Positions 44,537-54,528 of a stretch of DNA of 64,000 bases are shown here, in pieces. The notes below the pieces were generated by a model. That model was not told the DNA's origin. It saw only the letters and a list, made by a program, of their open reading frames with translations, and made no database searches. Position 1 is the stretch's first letter; each line of letters begins with the position of its first letter. This stretch comes from a virus. The position numbers and the translations under genes were made by a program. The stretch spans positions 32,001 to 96,000 of the IMG/VR virus record IMGVR_UViG_3300027777_000023. The stretch is one strand, 5' to 3'.

Positions 44537-44779
44537 ATGCTCAAACAAAATGCCTATCACATTATTATGTTCTATGATAGTCACGATAAATGGAACTATA
44601 GAGACGACCATCATAGAGTGGTTAAATTTAACGAACAAAACGAAGCTGAGAAAAAGGTTGAGCAGATCTTGAAGCAGGACAACTCTATCGTCGCAGCCGA
44701 CGTTATACTGGTCACTGAGTATGCGGTAAAACATATAACAAGAAATAATGACAACGCCGACAACACAAGAAAAGATTAA
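44537..44779 (+). CDS. Hypothetical protein
   Basis: Co-oriented. Confidence 0.5.
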   Translation: MLKQNAYHIIMFYDSHDKWNYRDDHHRVVKFNEQNEAEKKVEQILKQDNSIVAADVILVTEYAVKHITRNNDNADNTRKD

Positions 44780-44990
44780 ACAATACGAAAATTTCCTGCA
44801 CAACATCAATCTAATGATGGTTTGCTCTAGTAGCGAAGGGATTAAGAAGCTATTAAAGAACGTAGACAACTGGAGTTATGCTCATAGAGCAGGAAACGGT
44901 GAAATGAGTGAAGAAGATCAGCAAGAGTATATAAACAGGGCATTCTGGAAGCTGAATGACCTTGACCTTACCAGACACACCTTAAACTAG
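44748..44990 (+). CDS. Phage hypothetical protein
   Basis: WSYAHR.GNG pattern. Confidence 0.6.
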   Translation: MTTPTTQEKIKQYENFLHNINLMMVCSSSEGIKKLLKNVDNWSYAHRAGNGEMSEEDQQEYINRAFWKLNDLDLTRHTLN

Positions 44991-45010
44991 AAAACTAATA
45001 GAATAACATT

Positions 45011-45463
45011 ATGGGATTAGACATGTACCTAGAAGCCGAGTGTTACATCTCGGAGTATGACGAGCAAAACAACGAACTCATTAAAGCTATCGAGCAAACC
45101 GCACCGTTGGGATTAGCTGAATTCAAACCTAAAAGCATTACGTTTGAATTAGCGTATTGGCGCAAAGCTAACGCTATTCACGGCTGGTTTGTAAAGAATG
45201 TGCAGGGCGGTAAAGACGACTGTCAGGCTAGTTATGTTTCAAAAGAGCAGCTCAAAGAACTCAAAGAAACATGTGAAAAAGTATTAGATAACCTAGAGCT
45301 GGCTCCTGAGTTGTTACCTACAACACCAGGTTTCTTCTTTGGAAATTATGAATATGACGAATGGTTTGAAAGCGATCTTGATAAAACCGTAAAGATTTTA
45401 GACAAGATTTTGACAGCACCATTAGCGCGCAAGTGGTACATTCAATACAGAGCATCCTGGTAG
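45011..45463 (+). CDS. Phage hypothetical protein
   Basis: MGLDMYL..YWRK.N.IH.WF..LPT..GFFFG..Y.ASW. Confidence 0.75.
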   Translation: MGLDMYLEAECYISEYDEQNNELIKAIEQTAPLGLAEFKPKSITFELAYWRKANAIHGWFVKNVQGGKDDCQASYVSKEQLKELKETCEKVLDNLELAPELLPTTPGFFFGNYEYDEWFESDLDKTVKILDKILTAPLARKWYIQYRASW

Positions 45464-45464
45464 T

Positions 45465-45647
45465 ATGGAACCTGAAATATTAAAATTTACTCCTGAAGAA
45501 GAATTTGCTTTTTATTGGAGTGGATTAATTGCTAGTGGCTGTCTGGAAACCATAGACGAGTATATGGAGCAATCTATTATACGCTATGGTCGAATTCTTG
45601 TGGCTGACAGCCTAAAAAAGAACATTGATACCGGTGACCATATATGA
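45465..45647 (+). CDS. Hypothetical protein
   Basis: Abutting. Confidence 0.5.
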   Translation: MEPEILKFTPEEEFAFYWSGLIASGCLETIDEYMEQSIIRYGRILVADSLKKNIDTGDHI

Positions 45648-45862
45648 TTCCAGAACTAGGTAAATACTACTACGTAGACTATAAAGACAACACAAATCCC
45701 AAAGGCTCGTACTGTGGGATTGCCCGCTGTGTTAACAAGTACGAATATGATGAAGCAGGCAACAAACTAAATCCTGTGATGTACGAGTTCGAGCATCCTC
45801 AGGGCGACAAGAACGTATTGAGTTTGTTTGTAGATAAAGAAATATTATTGAAAGCAACATAA
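45644..45862 (+). CDS. Hypothetical protein
   Basis: ATGA overlap. Confidence 0.55.
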   Translation: MIPELGKYYYVDYKDNTNPKGSYCGIARCVNKYEYDEAGNKLNPVMYEFEHPQGDKNVLSLFVDKEILLKAT

Positions 45863-45863
45863 A

Positions 45864-46058
45864 ATGTACACGTTTGAATCAAAGAGGGATCAGCTGTATT
45901 TCAGAAATAGAGAAGAGCTTCGTAAAGCAATAGAACTAGCTGGCGGAAATGGCGACTTCGTTATCTCAAAAACGGCTGAGGAACTATTGGATACTCTGGC
46001 TAAAAACAGCATAGAGTTAGAGGCGCACTATATCGGAGAAAAAAACAATGAAAATTAA
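45864..46058 (+). CDS. Hypothetical protein
   Basis: Abutting. Confidence 0.55.
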   Translation: MYTFESKRDQLYFRNREELRKAIELAGGNGDFVISKTAEELLDTLAKNSIELEAHYIGEKNNEN

Positions 46059-46159
46059 AACTCCAACTCTCAAAGATAAGGCTGAAGTATTAACCTACAG
46101 AAAATTTATCAAAGCTGTAGGTGGTTTCATCTTACAGCAAAAAAGAAAAAATAATTAAT

Positions 46160-46366
46160 ATGAACAAAGAATACTTCATTCGCACAGTAACAGAAAAAGG
46201 CAAACTAAAGACTCCTAAGTATGTAAGCGGAGAGCCAGTAGCCTTTTGGAGAACATTCAAATCAGAAGCGGAAGCACTTGAGTTTGCTAAAGAGTATGAT
46301 TTGGATAACTTCGTAATCTTAACAAAGTACGTACAAACAAAAGAAATTACACAGAGATTTGATTAA
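46160..46366 (+). CDS. Hypothetical protein
   Basis: Abutting. Confidence 0.55.
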   Translation: MNKEYFIRTVTEKGKLKTPKYVSGEPVAFWRTFKSEAEALEFAKEYDLDNFVILTKYVQTKEITQRFD

Positions 46367-46367
46367 A

Positions 46368-46637
46368 ATGAGAACAACCTATCCTGAAGATTACACAGGC
46401 CCAAAAGCCGGCGGATCAGACGATAAAGAATGGTTGAGTATAACAGAGTATCAAGCATTCTGCTGGGTGAAAGATGGTACTTGGTATTATTCTGATTTCG
46501 ATTGTTGGTTATCGGCTAGAGCCACACAGCACGTTCAGCTAGGTAGAGATTCTCTTCTAGACAGCCTTAGAGGAGAAGTTGACAAAATTATGACTGCTAT
46601 GATACAAGACACAGAACAGAAAACAACAGTATGCTAG
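46368..46637 (+). CDS. Hypothetical protein
   Basis: Abutting. Confidence 0.55.
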   Translation: MRTTYPEDYTGPKAGGSDDKEWLSITEYQAFCWVKDGTWYYSDFDCWLSARATQHVQLGRDSLLDSLRGEVDKIMTAMIQDTEQKTTVC

Positions 46638-46831
46638 AAATAGATAAACTAAAGGCTGAGGCAATTCACTACAAAGAGCTGTGTTTTAAATTGTACACTG
46701 CACTCAACACAGTTGTTGATAGAAAGACTGTTGAAGGTTTTGACAATTGTACCACAATGCGGGCCAAAGCCGGCGACTCTGATCTCATCTGCAAAGCACT
46801 ATTAGCTTACGAATACAACAAACTAAAGTAA
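46631..46831 (+). CDS. Hypothetical protein
   Basis: Abutting. Confidence 0.5.
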   Translation: MLEIDKLKAEAIHYKELCFKLYTALNTVVDRKTVEGFDNCTTMRAKAGDSDLICKALLAYEYNKLK

Positions 46832-46832
46832 T

Positions 46833-47123
46833 ATGTTAATAACACTAAGAGACGAAGGTACTTGTCCTGTGTGTGAAGGTGCATGCGTTGTGCCTGGACC
46901 AAAGTACGTGGGAAAGGCGGATTCAGGCACAAGACCATGCACTAACTGTGGTGGACAATATATGTTCGGTACACCTAGAGGTAAGGTGCACCTACGGTAC
47001 CACGATGGAGTGCCTTGTACACATTCCTACAAGGCAGCCACGAGGCAGTCCATATATCGCACCATACATACGTCTGAGTGCGAACATTGCGGAGACACAT
47101 GGACATCAGATAGCGGAGATTAA
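46833..47123 (+). CDS. Cys-rich Zn-finger protein
   Basis: CPVC, CTNC, C.H, CEHC. Confidence 0.65.
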   Translation: MLITLRDEGTCPVCEGACVVPGPKYVGKADSGTRPCTNCGGQYMFGTPRGKVHLRYHDGVPCTHSYKAATRQSIYRTIHTSECEHCGDTWTSDSGD

Positions 47124-47185
47124 ACAAATAAACAAAGTACTATTCAACAGTAAAGAAGAAATTAAAAGAACAACCGTAGAAGAAT

Positions 47186-47644
47186 ATGAAACTAACTAAA
47201 GAAAACCCAGCAATTGCACTTAACAAAGAAATCTTTAAAGCTTTTTGCGAAAAGCACAACATCAGTAAGATAACGCTAGACTATGATGGTTGCGGAGATA
47301 GTGGACAGTTTGAAGGATATCAGGCCTACAACAAAGAAGAAGCGCAGGTTGATTTGCCTCGTGAAGATTGCAATGTGTTCTCGAGTTATCAGAGGTGCGA
47401 TCTGCATGAAAATGGTACTGACGTTAAAAAAGTATGGTGGACTTATACAGAGCCTGAAGAAAAAAAGGCTAACAGCGAAGAATTGGTCGAGACCCTAGGC
47501 TATATGGCACTAGAAGATTATTACGGTGGCTGGGAAATCAATAGCGGTAGTTATGGCACAGTTACATTGATGGCTGACGGTAAAGGCCATATCGAGCACT
47601 ATGAAAGAATTGAAGAAGTGAACAGCAGCGAAGCTGAATTCTAA
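47186..47644 (+). CDS. DUF6878-like protein
   Basis: Y.G.GDSG..GWEIN.G..G.V. Confidence 0.6.
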   Translation: MKLTKENPAIALNKEIFKAFCEKHNISKITLDYDGCGDSGQFEGYQAYNKEEAQVDLPREDCNVFSSYQRCDLHENGTDVKKVWWTYTEPEEKKANSEELVETLGYMALEDYYGGWEINSGSYGTVTLMADGKGHIEHYERIEEVNSSEAEF

Positions 47645-47645
47645 A

Positions 47646-47990
47646 ATGGCAAATCCATATCATCACGCAGTAAGCTCTGTTAAAAAGTGGGGCGGTTGTG
47701 CGGAGGATTATATAACTATCCATAGTTGGTTTGACGAGTCAAAGAGTCATTTTGCCGATTTCAGACACAGAGCGTTAAGGCATCACTCTGAAGGTATATT
47801 TCAGTGTGAGCAAAAGTTCGGTAATACTATAACCACTAGCACAGGGAAAGTGATCCCTGTGCGGTGGATCGGTGAACAGCACGTCAAAGAAGATTTGGGA
47901 AGAATCCCAAGCATTCAAGACTGGTTTCAGTATATAGTTCCACAATCGTGGATGGGTAGAACAGAGAAAATTGAAAAAGACCTAGAGTAA
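47646..47990 (+). CDS. DUF6915-like His-rich protein
   Basis: PYHHA.SS.KKWGG..DY..IH.WFD.SK..RHRA.RHH..G..EQHV.ED. Confidence 0.7.
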   Translation: MANPYHHAVSSVKKWGGCAEDYITIHSWFDESKSHFADFRHRALRHHSEGIFQCEQKFGNTITTSTGKVIPVRWIGEQHVKEDLGRIPSIQDWFQYIVPQSWMGRTEKIEKDLE

Positions 47991-47991
47991 T

Positions 47992-48297
47992 ATGAATAAA
48001 GATCTACAGACAGCGTTCAGCTATGTACTAGCTTCAAGAAAGTATGGGAATGTTTATATTAAAAAAGACGATCACGTATTATTTGCTCGCTACATTGTAG
48101 AGCTTCCATATGTTGGTGATATAGGTGCCGTGGTGGCTTCAACAAAGCCCTTTGGTAGAAGTAAGACAAAGAGCAAATGCTATCTACATTGGGAGGATCA
48201 TCCTCACAAGCCTGAAAGAAACGGTAAACCTGTCAGCTCGTTGCTCATCAAAGTAACACTAGAAAACCTCAACAACATTAATATTTATGAACTTTAA
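47992..48297 (+). CDS. Hypothetical protein
   Basis: Abutting. Confidence 0.55.
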   Translation: MNKDLQTAFSYVLASRKYGNVYIKKDDHVLFARYIVELPYVGDIGAVVASTKPFGRSKTKSKCYLHWEDHPHKPERNGKPVSSLLIKVTLENLNNINIYEL

Positions 48298-48619
48298 GGA
48301 TCAAATTGACAAGTTGCAGAAACTATTCACCGACGCATTCATCCTATGGGATGTTGATGTGAAGATGAAGAATATCGATGAAGAAGAATACTCGTGTGCA
48401 GTATTCTTCAATGTCTGGGGCAATGATATTCTGCTCGAGCTAGAGTATGAACCATACCTGAAAGCCTGGAGATTAACTGACGACGATGCAGTATTTACTG
48501 TCAGCTCCTATGAAGAAGTCTGGATGGTTGTTGCTACTCAAATGCAAACGGTCATTTCAGAACAAGAACGCAAGATCAGTAGACTCGAACACATCATAAA
48601 GAACCTAACAAAAGTATGA
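48287..48619 (+). CDS. Hypothetical protein
   Basis: Abutting. Confidence 0.6.
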   Translation: MNFKDQIDKLQKLFTDAFILWDVDVKMKNIDEEEYSCAVFFNVWGNDILLELEYEPYLKAWRLTDDDAVFTVSSYEEVWMVVATQMQTVISEQERKISRLEHIIKNLTKV

Positions 48620-48828
48620 GCGAAACCATTCAAGACAAATCAAAAGCATTCACCATTGAGTGGGGCTACTATCAACAACTATTGAGTACTATTGAAGAGC
48701 TCAGAAAAGACCTAAAGTACTTTGCTGAGGTAGACGACATCAACCATCGCCTTATGGACGATCGTCTTCGATTAAAAGATGAGATTGCAGAATTACGAGG
48801 ATCGCCTTGCGAACATTGCGGGCATTAG
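48616..48828 (+). CDS. Hypothetical coiled-coil protein
   Basis: ATGA overlap. Confidence 0.55.
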   Translation: MSETIQDKSKAFTIEWGYYQQLLSTIEELRKDLKYFAEVDDINHRLMDDRLRLKDEIAELRGSPCEHCGH

Positions 48829-48829
48829 C

Positions 48830-49048
48830 ATGAACTATTACGAAAATATACACCAAAGCATAATTGACCACCTTGGTGTGGATGTGGGTAAATCTGCTGG
48901 GCTGCAGATCGACAACGCGCACACAGGTTCTCCTGAGTACCATGTCACAGACCTACATACAGGAGAAGAAAGTAAGTACATAACACACAACGGCGCATAC
49001 CTTGCAATGGCAGGTATCGTTAAAAGACATAAACTAAACAAACGATGA
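48830..49048 (+). CDS. Hypothetical protein
   Basis: Abutting. Confidence 0.55.
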   Translation: MNYYENIHQSIIDHLGVDVGKSAGLQIDNAHTGSPEYHVTDLHTGEESKYITHNGAYLAMAGIVKRHKLNKR

Positions 49049-49485
49049 GTACACCAGTAAAATATCTAATCCAGGCCAAATATAGCGACAACTCAACGTT
49101 CGCGTATAAAACATACTTCTACGATTCTTTTGAAAATGCTTGGAAAAAAGCTGAAGAATTAAATGGTATTGGTAATGACGAGTACAGTATACCCTGCACA
49201 TTCTCGGTAGTAACAGTAACACCTGGGGGTAATGAATGTTTTAATCCTGTGGAACCTTTGGAACCTTTGGAACCTTTAGATAATGTAAATCATCCAAAAC
49301 ACTATAATACAATTGAAGGTATCGAATGTCTCGATGTCGCAGAAAACTTCAACTTCAATCTAGGGAACGCCATTAAATATATCTGGCGCAGCTCTTTCAA
49401 AGGTAAACAATTGGAAGATTTGAAGAAGGCTGCGTTCTATGTAAATCGTGAAATAGAGAGGATTAAACATGAGACGAAAAACTGA
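49045..49485 (+). CDS. DUF3310 (SaV-like) domain protein with N-terminal extension
   Basis: DNVNHP.HY..IEC.D..F.LGNA.KY.WR...K...EDL.KA. Confidence 0.8.
   Translation: MSTPVKYLIQAKYSDNSTFAYKTYFYDSFENAWKKAEELNGIGNDEYSIPCTFSVVTVTPGGNECFNPVEPLEPLEPLDNVNHPKHYNTIEGIECLDVAENFNFNLGNAIKYIWRSSFKGKQLEDLKKAAFYVNREIERIKHETKN
49251..49277 (+). repeat. In-frame tandem repeat (GGAACCTTT)x3 encoding the EPL linker
   Basis: Three exact 9-bp copies. Confidence 0.9.
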
Positions 49486-49888
49486 AGTAATTGCAGAAGA
49501 TCTATATAACGAAGCTAATCGAATCAGTGCTCTATTGAGTGAGGCGGCGCGACGATTAGATGTACTCAGCAGGCTAGAAGCTGCAGGTGCAGAGATATCC
49601 ACTAAGTTAGAGTCCGACGAAGACAGCTTGTCGTTAGTAGAGCAAATTACAAAGCTCACTACTGAATGGCAGGCCTTGATATATGCTCAGGGGCATCACA
49701 AAGATAAGGATTGTCACTGGAGCATAGAAACAAGATGGTCTTATGGAGATTCTCCTAGGTATGTTGTACAGCATTACGGATATATTCGACCGTACGAGAT
49801 AAATGTAAAATACAGCACATATCCTGAGGCGGTAAGAGGATTGAAACTAGCGCTTGAAGAAGCCATCAGAGACCTAAAAAATGAGTAG
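49469..49888 (+). CDS. Hypothetical protein
   Basis: Abutting. Confidence 0.6.
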   Translation: MRRKTEVIAEDLYNEANRISALLSEAARRLDVLSRLEAAGAEISTKLESDEDSLSLVEQITKLTTEWQALIYAQGHHKDKDCHWSIETRWSYGDSPRYVVQHYGYIRPYEINVKYSTYPEAVRGLKLALEEAIRDLKNE

Positions 49889-50105
49889 AACTACGTGTGT
49901 GCATTTTGTGCCTATAGAGGAAGAGTGCAGTCAGTGTAATGAAAAACATACGCACTCGAAGATTCAAATACTTGAACAACGGTTAAAGGCTGTGCAGAAC
50001 ATGCTGAACAACCGAGACAACGAGTTGAGCAACGCTCGCGAAGAAATAGCTGATCTGACTAGACGACTAACCACAATAACGAACCTATATGGGAGCAACA
50101 TTTAA
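49881..50105 (+). CDS. Hypothetical protein, short Cys motif plus coiled coil
   Basis: C.H..C..C. Confidence 0.55.
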   Translation: MSRTTCVHFVPIEEECSQCNEKHTHSKIQILEQRLKAVQNMLNNRDNELSNAREEIADLTRRLTTITNLYGSNI

Positions 50106-50484
50106 AACCATAGAAATAACTAAAGAATTCCTTGATGCGAACAATGACGCGTACTTTGTCTACGGAGACAATGCGCAGCATCAAGGTTTGGGTGGTGCCG
50201 CCAAACTCAGGCACCACCCTAGGGCTATCGGGTTCGTAACCAAGAAAGCCCCAACACACGAGCAGACAGCATGCTTTAAGGTAGAAGAGTACACAAAGCC
50301 GTTCTTCGATCAATTAAAGCAACTGGAAACACACATAAAGAACAACCCTAAAGGAATCTTCTATATATCAAAGATAGGTTCCGGGTTTGCTAATAAACAT
50401 CACATCTGGGAAAAACTAATAAAGCACAACCTGATTGCAGAATTGGAAAACTACGATAATGTGGTGTTCTGTTGGGAAGAATAA
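50089..50484 (+). CDS. Hypothetical protein, possibly macrodomain-like
   Basis: FVYGDN....GG.A..IG..TKK..IGSG pattern. Confidence 0.5.
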   Translation: MGATFKTIEITKEFLDANNDAYFVYGDNAQHQGLGGAAKLRHHPRAIGFVTKKAPTHEQTACFKVEEYTKPFFDQLKQLETHIKNNPKGIFYISKIGSGFANKHHIWEKLIKHNLIAELENYDNVVFCWEE

Positions 50485-50490
50485 ACAATT

Positions 50491-51516
50491 ATGTCTAAAT
50501 TAGCAACAATAGCAAAAATACTAGCGCTAGAAGCTATTCCTGACGCAGACCGTATTGAGCGAGCTACAGTGCTTGGTTGGTCGGTGGTAGTAAGAAAAGG
50601 CTTACACGAGGTAGGTGATCTGGTTGTGATGATATTCCCAGATACACTAGTACCTAAACAGTACCTAGACCCGACTTACGAGGGAGATGAAAAGGTTCGG
50701 CTTAAGACTATAAAGATGAAAGGTCAGTACAGTGCAGGCCTAGTTATTCCACTAGCCGATTGGGCTACGCCCCCCGGTAAATATAGTGAGGGTGATGATG
50801 TGGCTGAACTTCTCGGTGTAGAGAAATATGAAACACCTATCCCTGCAAGTATCGGTGGAGATGCGTTGGGGGTATTTCCAACAGCGATCGTAAGCAAGAC
50901 AGATGAGGATAATTACAGGACTAACCCTCAAGCAATCGAAGAACTAGGTGAAGAGCGATTTAAAGATACTTCGTTTGTAGCTACGCTAAAGTGTGACGGC
51001 AGTAGCGGAACATTCTTTCTTAAAGAAGGGTTGTTTCGAGTATGCAGTCGTAACCTAGAGCTACGTGAAACTGAAGGTAATGCTTTCTGGCAGGTGGCAC
51101 GAAAGTACAGACTAGAGGAAGTTATGCGTGAGCAAGACGTAGAATATGCTATTCAAGGCGAGGTGTGTGGTCCTGGAATACAAGGAAATCCTATGAAGCT
51201 TAAATCGCTTTCATTATTTGTATTCCTGATCAAAGATCTAAGCACAGACAAATGGCTACCTTGGGAAGACACTGTAGAGTTCTGCAATGCGCACAACATT
51301 CCGCTTGTGGAAGAACTATTCAAGATAGCTCACTATCACGATCTGCCCAGATGGGATGAGCTACAAGCAATCGCAAACAATACTAAATACGATAACGGTA
51401 AAACAAACGCTGAAGGCTTGGTGTTGCGCACAACCACACCAATGCACTCAAAAGTACTAGGTAAAGCCTGGTGGAGTCTGAAGATCATGAACGAACCCTA
51501 CGACGTAAAGAAATAA
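50491..51516 (+). CDS. RNA ligase, DRB0094-type with N-terminal OB-like domain
   Basis: D.IE.A.V.GW..VV, KCDGSS, QGE..GPGIQGN, EGLV.R, LK..N. Confidence 0.85.
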   Translation: MSKLATIAKILALEAIPDADRIERATVLGWSVVVRKGLHEVGDLVVMIFPDTLVPKQYLDPTYEGDEKVRLKTIKMKGQYSAGLVIPLADWATPPGKYSEGDDVAELLGVEKYETPIPASIGGDALGVFPTAIVSKTDEDNYRTNPQAIEELGEERFKDTSFVATLKCDGSSGTFFLKEGLFRVCSRNLELRETEGNAFWQVARKYRLEEVMREQDVEYAIQGEVCGPGIQGNPMKLKSLSLFVFLIKDLSTDKWLPWEDTVEFCNAHNIPLVEELFKIAHYHDLPRWDELQAIANNTKYDNGKTNAEGLVLRTTTPMHSKVLGKAWWSLKIMNEPYDVKK

Positions 51517-51518
51517 AT

Positions 51519-51821
51519 ATGGAAGCAACACAACAAACAAATATCTCGCTGTATAAAGAAGAAGACTGCGCAGGCTGGTCACCCAAGATGTGCACAGTGC
51601 CTGTTTGGGGAGTTACGGCTTTGCTTGGCGTCATAGCAGCTTATTCATTAGCAACCATACCAGTGATGTGGGCACAGAATAAGCTGATTATGCGAATGCA
51701 AAAAATGGAGCTAATCATGGTGGACGCAAAAATAGCGACCTATAAAGATGACGGTAAATTTGTGGTGCTGTGGAAAGGTTCACATGTCATGGACAGTCAG
51801 CTAAAAACAGAACATGAGTGA
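51519..51821 (+). CDS. Membrane protein
   Basis: One hydrophobic segment. Confidence 0.55.
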   Translation: MEATQQTNISLYKEEDCAGWSPKMCTVPVWGVTALLGVIAAYSLATIPVMWAQNKLIMRMQKMELIMVDAKIATYKDDGKFVVLWKGSHVMDSQLKTEHE

Positions 51822-51895
51822 AGAATCAAAAGATACACTAGCACTGATTGCCGGCTGCATGCTGGCTGGTTGGTTAATTTGGATTAGACGATACA

Positions 51896-52258
51896 ATGAA
51901 AAAACTATATAAAGCAACGTTCCATGCAGTCATCTATGCAACTGAAGAAAAGGCATGGGAGGTGGCCGATAACATGGAAACTAACGGCGTGATGCTGGAT
52001 AGAGATGATCTTCCAGAAATCACTACGATCGAAGAAGTACCTAGTGGTTGGTGTTACGCGGATAATTATCCTGTGACTGGTTGTGCTCGTATAGGTTTTC
52101 ATCAAGCAGAACTATACGACGACACCATCGAAGAACTTCTGGAGCGCAGCAAGATTCCAATACCAGTAACCTCCGCAGAAAGTATCCTAGAGCTTAAAAA
52201 CGAAATAGCTGAACTGAAGAAAACAGTAGAGGCACTAGCTAAAAAGATTAAAAGGTAA
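51896..52258 (+). CDS. Hypothetical protein
   Basis: Co-oriented. Confidence 0.6.
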   Translation: MKKLYKATFHAVIYATEEKAWEVADNMETNGVMLDRDDLPEITTIEEVPSGWCYADNYPVTGCARIGFHQAELYDDTIEELLERSKIPIPVTSAESILELKNEIAELKKTVEALAKKIKR

Positions 52259-52259
52259 A

Positions 52260-52505
52260 ATGAAAAAGAAGCTGTTTCTTAAAAAAGATCCAGAGTATCT
52301 AACAGTACTCACAGATGAAATGAAGGAGGATGTATCTCGCATTCGAGAGATACTAGATGTTCATGGCTATGAAGCAGCTGAAGCTACAATAGTCAAAGCA
52401 TGGGAAAAAGCGTCAGACGATCGTCTTTGTATGAGTTGGCTACCCACAGATCATATGAAGGACGATCTAGTATTCACCGCAATAATGGACTACTTAACAG
52501 AATGA
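52260..52505 (+). CDS. Hypothetical protein
   Basis: Abutting. Confidence 0.6.
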   Translation: MKKKLFLKKDPEYLTVLTDEMKEDVSRIREILDVHGYEAAEATIVKAWEKASDDRLCMSWLPTDHMKDDLVFTAIMDYLTE

Positions 52506-52933
52506 ATAATATATTCTTCACAAAGAAAGGTTGCACCGAGAAAGCCGATGTAGACCGTATCTGGCCAACAAAGCACTTTAGTACGACTCCGAGGGAGTTC
52601 TTTGCGGCGGCTGGATTGACCGACTTGTTCGTAACGATAGATCCTGTGATGGTAAACAAGAGTTATTTCCTGTTTAATATAACTGTACAGTCCGTCGCAA
52701 ACATAAAATACAATGAGTTTGTTGGTGGGCACGTATATGCGTACTCACCTGCCTTGCTTAGTGCACACTACGAAAGCAAACGGCTAGGGCTGCAGTCCTG
52801 GCACGACCCAGTCAAACATACAGGATTCAAAGTCGACCAGCAAGAGTACTGGCACAACATGCACGATATGCTAGAGCTCGTGCGTGAGGCTGTTGCAAAG
52901 TGTGATACCTATTTCCCTAAACAAACACCATGA
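52502..52933 (+). CDS. Hypothetical protein
   Basis: ATGA overlap; start re-picked. Confidence 0.55.
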   Translation: MNNIFFTKKGCTEKADVDRIWPTKHFSTTPREFFAAAGLTDLFVTIDPVMVNKSYFLFNITVQSVANIKYNEFVGGHVYAYSPALLSAHYESKRLGLQSWHDPVKHTGFKVDQQEYWHNMHDMLELVREAVAKCDTYFPKQTP

Positions 52934-53328
52934 AGCACCTACTAGTAAACGCAATAGTAACACCAGACGGTACAATGCTAGAGTCAACGCACAGGCATGA
53001 TTACCAGGAGCATAAAGATGCTAACGGAGAAACATACATACTAGATGGAGGAATAAACTATATAAGACGCAGCCTAAATCAGATTCCCGCAAAGGATGCT
53101 TCGGTATACTCTGATGATCCTCATGAGATTATTCGTGAGGCGTTTCGCTGGGGTACACGAGGCCCTGGAAGATTAGAACCATTAAAGTGGAAAATCCTAG
53201 CTACACTTGAAGATGACCACATAGAGGCAATACTTGCTACGCAGCTACAACTGCCTGAGTACATCAGAAAAGTATTTAAAAACGAGCAGGTCTACAGAAA
53301 GAACGAGCATGAAAAAGACAACCAGTAG
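52930..53328 (+). CDS. Phage hypothetical protein
   Basis: TPDG..L.S.HRHDY..DGG..Y.RR..WGT.G. Confidence 0.7.
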   Translation: MKHLLVNAIVTPDGTMLESTHRHDYQEHKDANGETYILDGGINYIRRSLNQIPAKDASVYSDDPHEIIREAFRWGTRGPGRLEPLKWKILATLEDDHIEAILATQLQLPEYIRKVFKNEQVYRKNEHEKDNQ

Positions 53329-53400
53329 ACGAGTAAAAACTGTCAAGTCAGGTAATGTAACGATTCGTAAAACAGTAACGATAACAAAAACAGTCAAACG

Positions 53401-54528
53401 ATGAACCTACCAAAACTATACAAGCGTACCGTAACAAGAGCCATCCAAGAATGGCAGATCTTTTTCGCAGATGGCGAATACTATACTGTCAGTGGTCAAA
53501 CAGACGGTAAGAAAGTAACTAGCACCCCTACAGTCTGCAAAGGCAAGAACCTAGGCAAAAAGAACGAGACCACTAATGAGGAGCAGGCTGAGCTAGAGGC
53601 AAAGGCTAAGTGGCAGAAGAAAAAGGATGAAGGGTATATCGAAAACATCGAGGCCGTTGATGGTGCGATGGATTTTCGATTTAATCCCATGCTGGCAAAA
53701 GACTATGCAAACTACGAGGACAAGATCGCTTTTCCTGTATATAGTCAGCCTAAATTGGATGGTCTCAGATGCGTGATTACTAGGGAAGGCACGTTCAGCC
53801 GGCAGTGGAAGCCTTTCGTCACATTAGATTATGTGCAAGATGTCTTGCGAGCTGTGTTTGATCAAAACCCAGGATTGCTTGCATTTGACGGTGAGATGTA
53901 TTCTCACGAGCTCAAAGATCGCTTTGAGGAAATTGTGAGTATTGTAAAGCAGCCAAAGGCTACAGCTGAAGATCTGGAAAAGTGTAAAAACAATATTCAG
54001 TATCATGTGTACGACGCTGTGTTTGAGGAAGCCCATAGCTTTAGTGCGCGTATAAACGCAGTAACTATGCTACTGCGTGAATTGGACAGCCCATATATCA
54101 AGCTTGTGGAAACAGACCGCATCCGAAATCAAGACGATCTTGATGCGATGTATCAGCAGTATATGCAAGAAGGCTATGAGGGTCAAATGATTCGCACACC
54201 TCTGTCATTGTATCAGCATAATCGAACCAAAGATCTATTAAAGCGTAAGGATTTCCACGACGCTGAGTACGAGATCATAGGCTATAAAGAAGGCAAAGGC
54301 AGTCGTGAAGGCTGTATTATATTGCGGCTCGGTATGGCTGACGGCACTGAATTTGATTCTGTGCCTGTTGGCGGTGTAGAATATCTGCAAAGATTGTGGC
54401 TTCGTCGAGAAGACCTGCTGGGCTTGCGGGCAACTGTCAAGTACCAGAACCTCAGCAATGACGGCATTCCAAGGTTCAACAACACAGTAAAGATCAGAAA
54501 CCATAAACTAGAGGAAATGGTATTCTAA
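53401..54528 (+). CDS. lig: ATP-dependent DNA ligase
   Basis: PKLDGLRC, FDGE.Y, YHVYD, EG.MIR, LLK.K, OB domain PRF. Confidence 0.93.
   Translation: MNLPKLYKRTVTRAIQEWQIFFADGEYYTVSGQTDGKKVTSTPTVCKGKNLGKKNETTNEEQAELEAKAKWQKKKDEGYIENIEAVDGAMDFRFNPMLAKDYANYEDKIAFPVYSQPKLDGLRCVITREGTFSRQWKPFVTLDYVQDVLRAVFDQNPGLLAFDGEMYSHELKDRFEEIVSIVKQPKATAEDLEKCKNNIQYHVYDAVFEEAHSFSARINAVTMLLRELDSPYIKLVETDRIRNQDDLDAMYQQYMQEGYEGQMIRTPLSLYQHNRTKDLLKRKDFHDAEYEIIGYKEGKGSREGCIILRLGMADGTEFDSVPVGGVEYLQRLWLRREDLLGLRATVKYQNLSNDGIPRFNNTVKIRNHKLEEMVF

Noticed and set aside
49251-49277. 9-bp tandem repeat as a contingency or regulatory locus
   Set aside because: Only three in-frame copies in a linker; length change would not switch frame.
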